Origin: Paragordius varius
Lineage: Eukaryota > Animalia > Nematomorpha
Assembly (NCBI GenBank): GCA_964247055.1
Contig: OZ176052.1
Span: forward strand, 12,896,001-12,960,000
Reading direction: 5' to 3'
DNA: 64,000 nt
Below the pieces are notes generated by a model, which worked only from the letters and a program-made list of their open reading frames with translations, searched no databases and was not told the DNA's origin. Each line of letters opens with the position of its first letter. Position 1 is the stretch's first letter. The translations under genes and the position numbers were made by a program. Of the stretch, positions 12,691 to 25,880 are shown piece by piece.

Positions 12691-15600
12691 TCAAAATATA
12701 GAGATAGTTTGACAAACTCTTTCATATCCGATTTTTACAACGATACTTTAAAAATTAATGTATAAAACTAGTCGCATCAATACTCAAGTTAAATTTTCTC
12801 CTTAAAAATGGGATATTGGTCACCGGTGAACAAAATTATTTTTTATACATTCTCTTAGTAAGACTACATCAAAATATAGAGATAGTTTGGCAAACTCTTT
12901 CATATCCGATTTTTTCAACGATACTTTAAAAATTATGGTATTAAACCAGTCGCATCAATACTCAAGTTAAACTTTGTCCTAAAAAATCGGATATTGGTCA
13001 CCGGTGAACAAAATTATTTTTTATACATTCTCTTAGTAAGACTACATCAAAATATAGAAATAGTTTGACAAACTCTTTCATATCCGATTTTTACAACGAT
13101 ACTTTAAAAATTAATGTATTAAACTAGTCGCATCAATACTCAAGTTAAACTTTGTCCTTAAAAATCGGATATTGGTCACCGGTGAACAAAATTATTTTTT
13201 ATACATTCTCTTAGCAAGACTACATCAAAATATAGAGATAGTTTGACAAACTCTTTCATATCCGATTTTTACAACGATACTTTAAAAATTAATGTATAAA
13301 ACTAGTCGCATCAATACTCAAGTTAAACTTTGTCCTTAAAAATCGGATATTGGTCACCGGTGAACAAAATTATTTTTTATACATTCTCTTAGCAAGACTA
13401 CATCAAAATATAGAGATAGTTTGACAAACTCTTTCATATCCGATTTTTACAACGATACTTTAAAAATTAATGTATAAAACTAGTCGCATCAATACTCAAG
13501 TTAAACTTTGTCCTTAAAAATCGGATATTGGTCACCGGTGAACAAAATTATTTTTTATACATTCTCTTAGTAAGACTACATCAAAATATAGAAATAGTTT
13601 GACAAACTCTTTCATATCCGATTTTTACAACGATGCTTTAAAAATTAATGTATTAAACTAGTCGCATCAATACTCAAGTTAAACTTTGTCCTTAAAAATC
13701 GGATATTGGTCACCGGTGAACAAAATTAATTTTTATACATTCTCTTAGTAAGACTACATCCAAATATAGAGATAGTTTGACAAACTCTTTCATATTCGAT
13801 TTTTACAACGATACTTTAAAAATTAATGTATAAAACTAGTCGCATCAATACTCAAGTTAAATTTTCTCCTTAAAAATCGGATATTGGTCACCGGTGAACA
13901 AAATTAATTTTTATATATTCTCTTAGTAAGACTACATCCAAATATAGAAATAGTTTGACAAACTCTTTCATATCCGATTTTTACAACGATACTTTAAAAA
14001 TTAATGTATTAAACTAGTCGCATCAATACTCAAGTTAAACTTTGTCCTTAAAAATCGGATATTGGTCACCGGTGAACCTATTTTATATACATTCTCTTAG
14101 TAAGACTACATCAAAATATAGAGATAGTTTGCCAAATTCATTCATATCCGATTTTTACAACGATACTTTAAAAATTATTAAAACTAGTCGCATCAATACT
14201 CAAGTTAAATTTTGTCCTTAAAAATCGAATATACCGGTGAACAAAATTATTTTTTATACATTCTCTTAGTAGGACTACATCAAAATATAGAGATAGTTTG
14301 ACAAACTCTTTCATATCCGATTTTTACAACGATACTATAAAAATTAATGTATAAAACTAGTCGTATCAATAAATCGCATCAATACTCAAGTTAAACTTTG
14401 TCCTTAAAAATCGGATATTGGTCACCGGTGAACAAAATTATTTTTTATACATTCTCTTACTAGGACTACATCAAAATATAGAGATAGTTTGGCAAACTCT
14501 TTCATATCCGATTTTTTCAACGATACTTTAAAAATTAATATATAAAAACTAGTCGCATCAATACTCAAGTTAAACTTTGTCCTTAAAAATCGGATATTGG
14601 TCACCGGTCAACAAAATTATTTTTTATACATTCTCTTAGTAAGACTACATCAAAATATAGAGATAGTTTGACAAACTCTTTCATATCCGATTTTTACAAC
14701 GATACTTTAAAAATTAATGTATTAAACTAATCGCATCAATACTCAAGTTAAACTTTGTCCTTAAAAATCGGATATTGGTCACCGGTGAACAAAATTATTT
14801 TTTATACATTCTCTTACTAGGACTACATCAAAATATAGAGATAGTTTGGCAAACTCTTTCATATCCGATTTTTTCAACGATACTTTAAAAATTAATATAT
14901 AAAAACTAGTCGCATCAATACTCAAGTTAAACTTTGTCCTTAAAAATCGGATATTGGTCACCGGTCAACAAAATTATTTTTTATACATTCTCTTAGTAAG
15001 ACTACATCAAAATATAGAGATAGTTTGACAAACTCTTTATATCCGATTTTTACAACGATACTTTAAAAATTATTAAAACTAGTCGCATCAATTCTCAAGT
15101 TAAACTTTGTCCTTAAAAATCGAATATACCGGTGAACAAAATTATTTTTTATACATTCTCTTAGTAGGACTACATCAAAATATAGAGATAGTTTGACAAA
15201 CTCTTTCATATCCCATTTTTACAACGATACTATAAAAATTAATGTATGAAACTAGTTGTATCAATAAATCGCATCAATACTCAAGTTAAACTTTGTCCTT
15301 AAAAATCGGATATTGGTCACCGGTGAACAAAATTATTTTTTATACATTCTCTTACTAGGACTACATCAAAATATAGAGATAGTTTGGCAAACTCTTTCAT
15401 ATCCGATTTTTTCAACGATACTTTAAAAATTAATGTATAAAAACTAGTCGCATCAATACTCAAGTTAAACTTTGTCCTTAAAAATCGGATATTGGTCACC
15501 GGTGAACAAAATTATTTTTTATACATTCTCTTAGTAAGACTACATCAAAATATAGAGATAGTTTGACAAACTCTTTCATATCCGATTTTTACAACGATAC

Positions 15601-16109
15601 TTTAAAAATTAATGTATAAAACTAGTCGCATCAATACTCAAGTTAAATTTTCTCCTTAAAAATGGGATATTGGTCACCGGTGAACAAAATTATTTTTTAT
15701 ACATTCTCTTAGTAAGACTACATCAAAATATAGAGATAGTTTGGCAAACTCTTTCATATCCGATTTTTTCAACGATACTTTAAAATTTAATGTATAAAAA
15801 CTAGTCGCATCAATACTCAAGTTAAACTTTGTCCTTAAAAATCGGATATTGGTCACCGGTGAACAAAATTATTTTTTATACATTCTCTTAGTAAGACTAC
15901 ATGAAAATATAGAGATAGTTTGACAAATTCATTCATATCCGATTTTTACAACGATACTTTAAAAATTATTAAAACTAGTCGCATCAATACTCAAGTTAAA
16001 CTTTGTCCTTAAAAATCGAATATACCGGTGAAAAAAATTATTTTTTATACATTCTCTTAGCAAGACTACATCAAAATATAGAGATAGTTTGACAAACTCT
16101 TTCATATCC

Positions 16110-19100
16110 GATTTTTACAACGATACTTTAAAAAATAATGTATAAAACTAGTCGCATCAATACTCAAACTTTGTCCTTAAAAATCGAATATACCGGTGAA
16201 AAAAATTATTTTTTATACATTCTCTTAGCAAGACTACATCAAAATATAGAGATAGTTTGACAAACTCTTTCATATCCGATTTTTACAACGATACTTTAAA
16301 AATTAATGTATAAAACTAGTCGCATCAATACTCAAGTTAAACTTTGTCCTTAAAAATCGGATATTGGTCACCGGTGAACAAAATTATTTTTTATACATTC
16401 TCTTAGTAAGACTACATCAAAATATAGAGATAGTTTGGCAAACTCTTTCATATCCGATTTTTTCAACGATACTTTAAAATTTAATGTATAAAAACTAGTC
16501 GCATCAATACTCAAGTTAAACTTTGTCCTTAAAAATCGGATATTGGTCACCGGTGAACAAAATTATTTTTTATACATTCTCTTAGTAAGACTACATGAAA
16601 ATATAGAGATAGTTTGCCAAATTCATTCATATCCGATTTTTACAACGATACTTTAAAAATTATTAAAACTAGTCGCATCAATACTCAAGTTAAACTTTGT
16701 CCTTAAAAATCGAATATACCGGTGAACAAAATTAATTTTTTATACATTCTCTTAGTAAGACTACATCAAAATATAGAGATAGTTTGACAAACTCTTTCAT
16801 ATCCGATTTTTTCAACGATACTTTAAAAAATAATGTATAAAACTAGTCGCATCAATACTCAAACTTTGTCCTTAAAAATCGAATATACCGGTGAAAAAAA
16901 TTATTTTTTATACATTCTCTTAGCAAGACTACATCAAAATATAGAGATAGTTTGACAAACTCTTTCATATCCGATTTTTACAACGATACTTTAAAAATTA
17001 ATGTATAAAACTAGTCGCATCAATACTCAAGTTAAACTTTGTCCTTAAAAATCGGATATTGGTCACCGGTGAACAAAATTATTTTTTATACATTCTCTTA
17101 GTAAGACTACATCAAAATATAGAAATAGTTTGACAAACTCTTTCATATCCGATTTTTACAACGATACTTTAAAAATTAATGTATAAAACTAGTCGCATCA
17201 ATACTCAAGTTAAACTTTGTCCTTAAAAATCGGATATTGGTCACCGGTGAACAAAAATAATTTTTATACATTCTCTTAGTAAGACTACATCCAAATATAG
17301 AGATAGTTAGACAAACTCTTTCATATTCGATTTTTACAACGATACTTTAAAAATTAATGTGTTAAACTAATCGCATCAATACTCAAGTTAAACTTTGTCC
17401 TTAAAAATCGGATATTGGTCACCGGTGAACAAAAATAATTTTTATACATTCTCTTAGTAAGACTACATCCAAATATAGAGATAGTTAGACAAACTCTTTC
17501 ATATTCGATTTTTACAACGATACTTTAAAAATTAATGTGTTAAACTAATCGCATCAATACTCAAGTTAAACTTTGTCCTTAAAAATCGAATATTGGTCAC
17601 CGGTGATCTAAATTATTTTTTATACATTCTCTTAGTAAGACTACATCAAAATATAGAAATAGTTTGACAAACTCTTTCATATCCGATTTTTACAACGATA
17701 CTTTAAAAATTAATGTATTAAACTAGTCGCATCAATACTCAAGCTAAACATTGTCCTTAAAAATCGGATATTGGTCACCGGTGAACAAAACTATTTTTTA
17801 TACATTCTCTTAGTAAGACTACATCAAAATATAGAGATAGTTTGACCTCTTTCATATCCGATTTTTAGAACGATACTTCAAAAATTAATGTATAAAACTA
17901 GTCGCATCAATACTCAAGTAAAACTTTGTCCTAAAAAATCGGATATTGGTCACCGGTGAACAAAATTATTTAGTAGGACTACATCAAAATATAGAGATAG
18001 TTTGGCAAACTGTTTCATATCCGATTTTTACAACGATACTTTAAAAAATAATGTATAAAACTAGTCGCATCAATACTCAAACTTTGTCCTTAAAAATCGA
18101 ATATACCGGTGAAAAAAATTATTTTTTATACATTCTCTTAGCAAGACTACATCAAAATATAGAGATAGTTTGACAAACTCTTTCATATCCGATTTTTACA
18201 ACGATACTTTAAAAATTAATGTATAAAACTAGTCGCATCAATACTCAAGTTAAACTTTGTCCTTAAAAATCGGATATTGGTCACCGGTGAACAAAATTAT
18301 TTTTTATACATTCTCTTAGTAAGACTACATCAAAATATAGAAATAGTTTGACAAACTCTTTCATATCCGATTTTTACAACGATACTTTAAAAATTAATGT
18401 ATAAAACTAGTCGCATCAATACTCAAGTTAAACTTTGTCCTTAAAAATCGGATATTGGTCACCGGTGAACAAAATTATTTTTTATACATTCTCTTAGTAA
18501 GACTACATCAAAATATAGAGATAGTTTGGCAAACTCTTTCATATCCGATTTTTTCAACGATACTTTAAAATTTAATGTATAAAAACTAGTCGCATCAATA
18601 CTCAAGTTAAACTTTGTCCTTAAAAATCGGATATTGGTCACCGGTGAACAAAATTATTTTTTATACATTCTCTTAGTAAGACTACATGAAAATATAGAGA
18701 TAGTTTGCCAAATTCATTCATATCCGATTTTTACAACGATACTTTAAAAATTATTAAAACTAGTCGCATCAATACTCAAGTTAAACTTTGTCCTTAAAAA
18801 TCGAATATACCGGTGAACAAAATTAATTTTTTATACATTCTCTTAGTAAGACTACATCAAAATATAGAGATAGTTTGACAAACTCTTTCATATCCGATTT
18901 TTTCAACGATACTTTAAAAAATAATGTATAAAACTAGTCGCATCAATACTCAAACTTTGTCCTTAAAAATCGAATATACCGGTGAAAAAAATTATTTTTT
19001 ATACATTCTCTTAGCAAGACTACATCAAAATATAGAGATAGTTTGACAAACTCTTTCATATCCGATTTTTACAACGATACTTTAAAAATTAATGTATAAA

Positions 19101-19935
19101 ACTAGTCGCATCAATACTCAAGTTAAACTTTGTCCTTAAAAATCGGATATTGGTCACCGGTGAACAAAATTATTTTTTATACATTCTCTTAGTAAGACTA
19201 CATCAAAATATAGAAATAGTTTGACAAACTCTTTCATATCCGATTTTTACAACGATACTTTAAAAATTAATGTATAAAACTAGTCGCATCAATACTCAAG
19301 TTAAACTTTGTCCTTAAAAATCGGATATTGGTCACCGGTGAACAAAAATAATTTTTATACATTCTCTTAGTAAGACTACATCCAAATATAGAGATAGTTA
19401 GACAAACTCTTTCATATTCGATTTTTACAACGATACTTTAAAAATTAATGTGTTAAACTAATCGCATCAATACTCAAGTTAAACTTTGTCCTTAAAAATC
19501 GAATATTGGTCACCGGTGATCTAAATTATTTTTTATACATTCTCTTAGTAAGACTACATCAAAATATAGAAATAGTTTGACAAACTCTTTCATATCCGAT
19601 TTTTACAACGATACTTTAAAAATTAATGTATTAAACTAGTCGCATCAATACTCAAGCTAAACATTGTCCTTAAAAATCGGATATTGGTCACCGGTGAACA
19701 AAACTATTTTTTATACATTCTCTTAGTAAGACTACATCAAAATATAGAGATAGTTTGACCTCTTTCATATCCGATTTTTAGAACGATACTTCAAAAATTA
19801 ATGTATAAAACTAGTCGCATCAATACTCAAGTAAAACTTTGTCCTAAAAAATCGGATATTGGTCACCGGTGAACAAAATTATTTAGTAGGACTACATCAA
19901 AATATAGAGATAGTTTGGCAAACTGTTTCATATCC
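16110..19935 (+). repeat. Tandem ~11-mer duplication (offset 1913, locally 2091 where the copies differ by one monomer)
   Basis: AAAAATAATG 16131/18044 (1913); ORF monomer 16368/18459 (2091); 15-bp deletion AAAATTATTTAGTAGG 17961/19874 (1913). Confidence 0.8.
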
Positions 19936-21479
19936 GATTTTTACAACGATACTTTAAAAATTAATGTATAAAACTAGTCGCATCAATACTCAAGTTAAAT
20001 TTTGTCCTTAAAAATGGGATATTGGTCACCGGTGAACAAAACTATTTTTTATACATTCTCATAGTAAGACTACATCAAAATATAGAGAGAGTTTGACAAA
20101 CTATTTCATATCCGATTTTCACAACGATACTTTAGAAATTAATGTATAGCATCAATACTCAAACTTTGTCCTTAAAAATCGAATATTGGTCACCGGTGAA
20201 CAAAATTATTTTTTATACATTCTCTTAGTAAGACTACATCAAAATATAGAGATAGTTTGACAAACTCTTTCATATCCGATTTTTACAACGATACTTTAAA
20301 AATTAATGTATAAAACTAGTCGCATCAATACTCAAGTTAAACTTTGTCCTTAAAAATCGGATATTGGTCACCGGTGAACAAAATTATTTTTTATACATTT
20401 TCTTAGTAAGACTACATCAAAATATAGAAATAGTTTGACAAACTCTTTCATATCCGATTTTTACAACGATACTTTAAAAATTAATGTATTAAACTAGTCG
20501 CATCAATACTCAAGTTAAACTTTGTCCTTAAAAATCGGATATTGGTCACCGGTGAACAAAATTATTTTTTATACATTCTCTTAGCAAGACTACATCAAAA
20601 TATAGAGATAGTTTGACAAACTCTTTCATATCCGATTTTTACAACGATACTTTAAAAATTAATGTATAAAACTAGTCGCATCAATACTCAAGTTAAACTT
20701 TGTCCTTAAAAATCGAATATTGGTCACCGGTGATCTAAATTATTTTTTATACATTCTCTTAGTAAGACTACATCAAAATATAGAAATAGTTTGACAAACT
20801 CTTTCATATCCGATTTTTACAACGATACTTTAAAAATTAATGTAAACTAGTCGCATCAATACTCAAGCTAAACATTGTCCTTAAAAATCGGATATTGGTC
20901 ACCGGTGAACAAAATAATTTTTTATACATTCTCTTAGTAAGACTACATCAAAATATAGAGATAGTTTGACAAACTCTTTCATATCCGATTTTTAGAACGA
21001 TACTTCAAAAATTAATGTATAAAACTAGTCGCATCAATACTCAAGTAAAACTTTGTCCTAAAAAATCGGATATTGGTCACCGGTGAACAAAATTATTTTT
21101 TATACATTCTCTTAGTAGGACTACATCAAAATATAGAGATAGTTTGGCAAACTGTTTCATATCCGATTTTTACAACGATACTTTAAAAATTAATGTATTA
21201 AACTAGTCGCATCAATACTCAAGTTAAACTTTGTCCTTAAAAATCGGATATTGGTCACCGGTGAACAAAATAATTTTTTATACATTCTCTTAGTAAGACT
21301 ACATCAAAATATAGAGATAGTTTGACAAACTCTTTCATATCCGAATTTTACAACGATACTTTAAAAATTAATGTATTAAACTAGTCGTATCAATAAGTCG
21401 CATCAATACTCAAGTTAAACTTTGTCCTTAAAAATCGGATATCGGTCACCGGTGAACAAAATTATTTTTTATACATTCT

Positions 21480-24400
21480 CTTAGTAAGACTACATCAAAA
21501 TATAGAAATAGTTTGACAAACTCTTTCATATCCGATTTTTACAACGATACTTTAAAAATTAATGTATTAAACTAGTCGCATCAATACTCAAGTTAAACTT
21601 TGTCCTTAAAAATCGGATATTGGTCACCGGTGAACAAAATTATTTTTTATACATTCTCTTAGCAAGACTACATCAAAATATAGAGATAGTTTGACAAACT
21701 CTTTCATATCCGATTTTTACAACGATACTTTAAAAATTAATGTATAAAACTAGTCGCATCAATACTCAAGTTAAACTTTGTCCTTAAAAATCGGATATTG
21801 GTCACCGGAGAACAAAATTATTTTTTATACATTCTCTTAGTAAGAAAATATCAAAATATAGAAATAGTTTGACAAACTCTTTCATATCCGATTTTTACAA
21901 CGATACTTTAAAAATTAATGTATTAAACTAGTCGCATCTATACTCAAGTTAAACTTTGTCCTTAAAAATCGGATATTGGTCACCGGTCAACAAAATTAAT
22001 TTTTATACATTCTCTTAGTAAGACTACATCCAAATATAGAGATAGTTTGACAAACTCTTTCATATTCGATTTTTACAACGATACTTTAAAAATTAATGTG
22101 TTAAACTAGTCGCATCAATACTCAAGTTAAACTTTGTCCTTAAAAATCGAATATTGGTCACCGGTGATCTAAATTATTTTTTATACATTCTCTTAGTAAG
22201 ACTACATCAAAATATAGAAATAGTTTGACAAACTCTTTCATATCCGATTTTTACAACGATACTTTAAAAATTAATGTATTAAACTAGTCGCATCAATACT
22301 CAAGCTAAACATTGTCCTTAAAAATCGGATATTGGTCACCGGTGAACAAAACTATTTTTTATACATTCTCTTAGTAAGACTACATCAAAATTTAGAGATA
22401 GTTTGACCTCTTTCATATCCGATTTTTAGAACGATACTTCAAAAATTAATGTATTAAACTAGTCACATCAATACTCAAGTAAAACTTTGTCCTAAAAAAT
22501 CGGATATTGGTCACCGGTGAACAAAATTATTTTTTATACATTCTCTTAGTAAGACTACATCAAAATATAGAAATAGTTTGACAAACTCTTTCATATCCGA
22601 TTTTTACAACGATACTTTAAAAATTAATGTATTAAACTAGTCGCATCTATACTCAAGTTAAACTTTGTCCTTAAAAATCGGATATTGGTCACCGGTCAAC
22701 AAAATTAATTTTTATACATTCTCTTAGTAAGACTACATCCAAATATAGAGATAGTTTGACAAACTCTTTCATATTCGATTTTTACAACGATACTTTAAAA
22801 ATTAATGTGTTAAACTAGTCGCATCAATACTCAAGTTAAACTTTGTCCTTAAAAATCGGATATTCGTCACCGGAGAACAAAATTATTTTTTATACATTCT
22901 CTTAGTAAGACTACATCAAAATATAGAAATAGTTTGACAAACTCTTTCATATCCGATTTTTACAACGATACTTTAAAAATTAATGTATTAAACTAGTCGC
23001 ATCAATACTCAAGTTAAACTTTGTCCTTAAAAATCGGATATTGGTCACCGGTGAACAAAATTATTTTTTATACATTCTCTTAGCAAGACTACATCAAAAT
23101 ATAGAGATAGTTTGACAAACTCTTTCATATCCGATTTTTACAACGATACTTTAAAAATTAATGTATAAAACTAGTCGCATCAATACTCAAGTTAAACTTT
23201 GTCCTTAAAAATCGGATATTGGTCACCGGAGAACAAAATTATTTTTTATACATTCTCTTAGTAAGACTACATCAAAATATAGAAATAGTTTGACAAACTC
23301 TTTCATATCCGATTTTTACAACGATACTTTAAAAATTAATGTATTAAACTAGTCGCATCTATACTCAAGTTAAACTTTGTCCTTAAAAATCGGATATTGG
23401 TCACCGGTCAACAAAATTAATTTTTATACATTCTCTTAGTAAGACTACATCCAAATATAGAGATAGTTTGACAAACTCTTTCATATTCGATTTTTACAAC
23501 GATACTTTAAAAATTAATGTGTTAAACTAGTCGCATCAATACTCAAGTTAAACTTTGTCCTTAAAAATCGAATATTGGTCACCGGTGATCTAAATTATTT
23601 TTTATACATTCTCTTAGTAAGACTACATCAAAATATAGAAATAGTTTGACAAACTCTTTCATATCCGATTTTTACAACGATACTTTAAAAATTAATGTAT
23701 TAAACTAGTCGCATCAATACTCAAGCTAAACATTGTCCTTAAAAATCGGATATTGGTCACCGGTGAACAAAACTATTTTTTATACATTCTCTTAGTAAGA
23801 CTACATCAAAATTTAGAGATAGTTTGACCTCTTTCATATCCGATTTTTAGAACGATACTTCAAAAATTAATGTATTAAACTAGTCACATCAATACTCAAG
23901 TAAAACTTTGTCCTAAAAAATCGGATATTGGTCACCGGTGAACAAAACTATTTTTTATACATTCTCATAGTAAGACTACATCAAAATATAGAGATAGTTT
24001 GACAAACTCTTTCATATCCGATTTTTACAACGATACTTTAAAAATTAATGTATAAAACTAGTCGCATCAATACTCAAGTTAAACTTTGTCCTTAAAAATC
24101 GGATATTGGTCACCGGTGAACAAAATTATTTTTTATACATTCTCTTAGTAAGACTACATCAAAATATAGAGATAGTTTGACAAACTCTTTCATATCCGAT
24201 TTTTACAACGATACTTTAAATAATGTATTAAACTAGTCGCATCAATACTCAAGCTAAACATTGTCCTTAAAAATCGGATATTGGTCACCGGTGAACAAAA
24301 CTATTTTTTATACATTCTCTTAGTAAGACTACATCAAAATATAGAGATAGTTTGACAAACTCTTTCATATCCGATTTTTACAACGATACTTTAAAAATTA

Positions 24401-25880
24401 ATGTATTAAACTAGTCGCATCAATACTCAAGCTAAACATTGTCCTTAAAAATCGGATATTGGTCACCGGTGAACAAAACTATTTTTTATACATTCTCTTA
24501 GTAAGACTACATCAAAATATAGAGATAGTTTGACAAACTCTTTCATATCCGATTTTTACAACGATACTTTAAAAATTAATGTATTAAACTAGTCGCATCA
24601 ATACTCAAGCTAAACATTGTCCTTAAAAATCGGATATTGGTCACCGGTGAACAAAACTATTTTTTATACATTCTCTTAGAAAGACTACATCAAAATATAG
24701 AGATAGTTTGACCTCTTTCATATCCGATTTTTAGAACGATACTTCAAAAATTAATGTATAAAACTAGTCGCATCAATACTCAAGTAAAACTTTGTCCTAA
24801 AAAATCGGATATTGGTCACCGGTGAACAAAACTATTTTTTATACATTCTCTTAGTAAGACTACATCAAAATATAGAAATAGTTTGACAAACTCTTTCATA
24901 TCCGATTTTTACAACGATACTTTAAAAATTAATGTATAAAACTAGTCGCATCAATACTCAAGTTAAACTTTGTCCTTAAAAATCGGATATTGGTCACCGG
25001 TGAACAAAATTATTTTTTATACATTCTCTTAGCAAGACTACATCAAAATATAGAGATAGTTTGACAAACTCTTTCATATCCGATTTTTACAACGATACTT
25101 TAAAAATTAATGTATAAAACTAGTCGCATCAATACTCAAGTTAAACTTTGTCCTTAAAAATCGGATATTGGTCACCGGAGAACAAAATTATTTTTTATAC
25201 ATTCTCTTAGTAAGACTACATCAAAATATAGAAATAGTTTGACAAACTCTTTCATATCCGATTTTTACAACGATACTTTAAAAATTAATGTATTAAACTA
25301 GTCGCATCTATACTCAAGTTAAACTTTGTCCTTAAAAATCGGATATTGGTCACCGGTCAACAAAATTAATTTTTATACATTCTCTTAGTAAGACTACATC
25401 CAAATATAGAGATAGTTTGACAAACTCTTTCATATTCGATTTTTACAACGATACTTTAAAAATTAATGTGTTAAACTAGTCGCATCAATACTCAAGTTAA
25501 ACTTTGTCCTTAAAAATCGAATATTGGTCACCGGTGATCTAAATTATTTTTTATACATTCTCTTAGTAAGACTACATCAAAATATAGAAATAGTTTGACA
25601 AACTCTTTCATATCCGATTTTTACAACGATACTTTAAAAATTAATGTATTAAACTAGTCGCATCAATACTCAAGCTAAACATTGTCCTTAAAAATCGGAT
25701 ATTGGTCACCGGTGAACAAAACTATTTTTTATACATTCTCTTAGTAAGACTACATCAAAATTTAGAGATAGTTTGACCTCTTTCATATCCGATTTTTAGA
25801 ACGATACTTCAAAAATTAATGTATTAAACTAGTCACATCAATACTCAAGTAAAACTTTGTCCTAAAAAATCGGATATTGG
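21480..25880 (+). repeat. Three copies of a ~6-monomer block (~21480, ~22900, ~24850; offsets 1421 and 1949)
   Basis: CCGGAGAAC 21807/23228/25177; TTTAGAGAT 22391/23812/25761; the CATCTATAC and GTCACATC markers travel with them. Confidence 0.85.
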
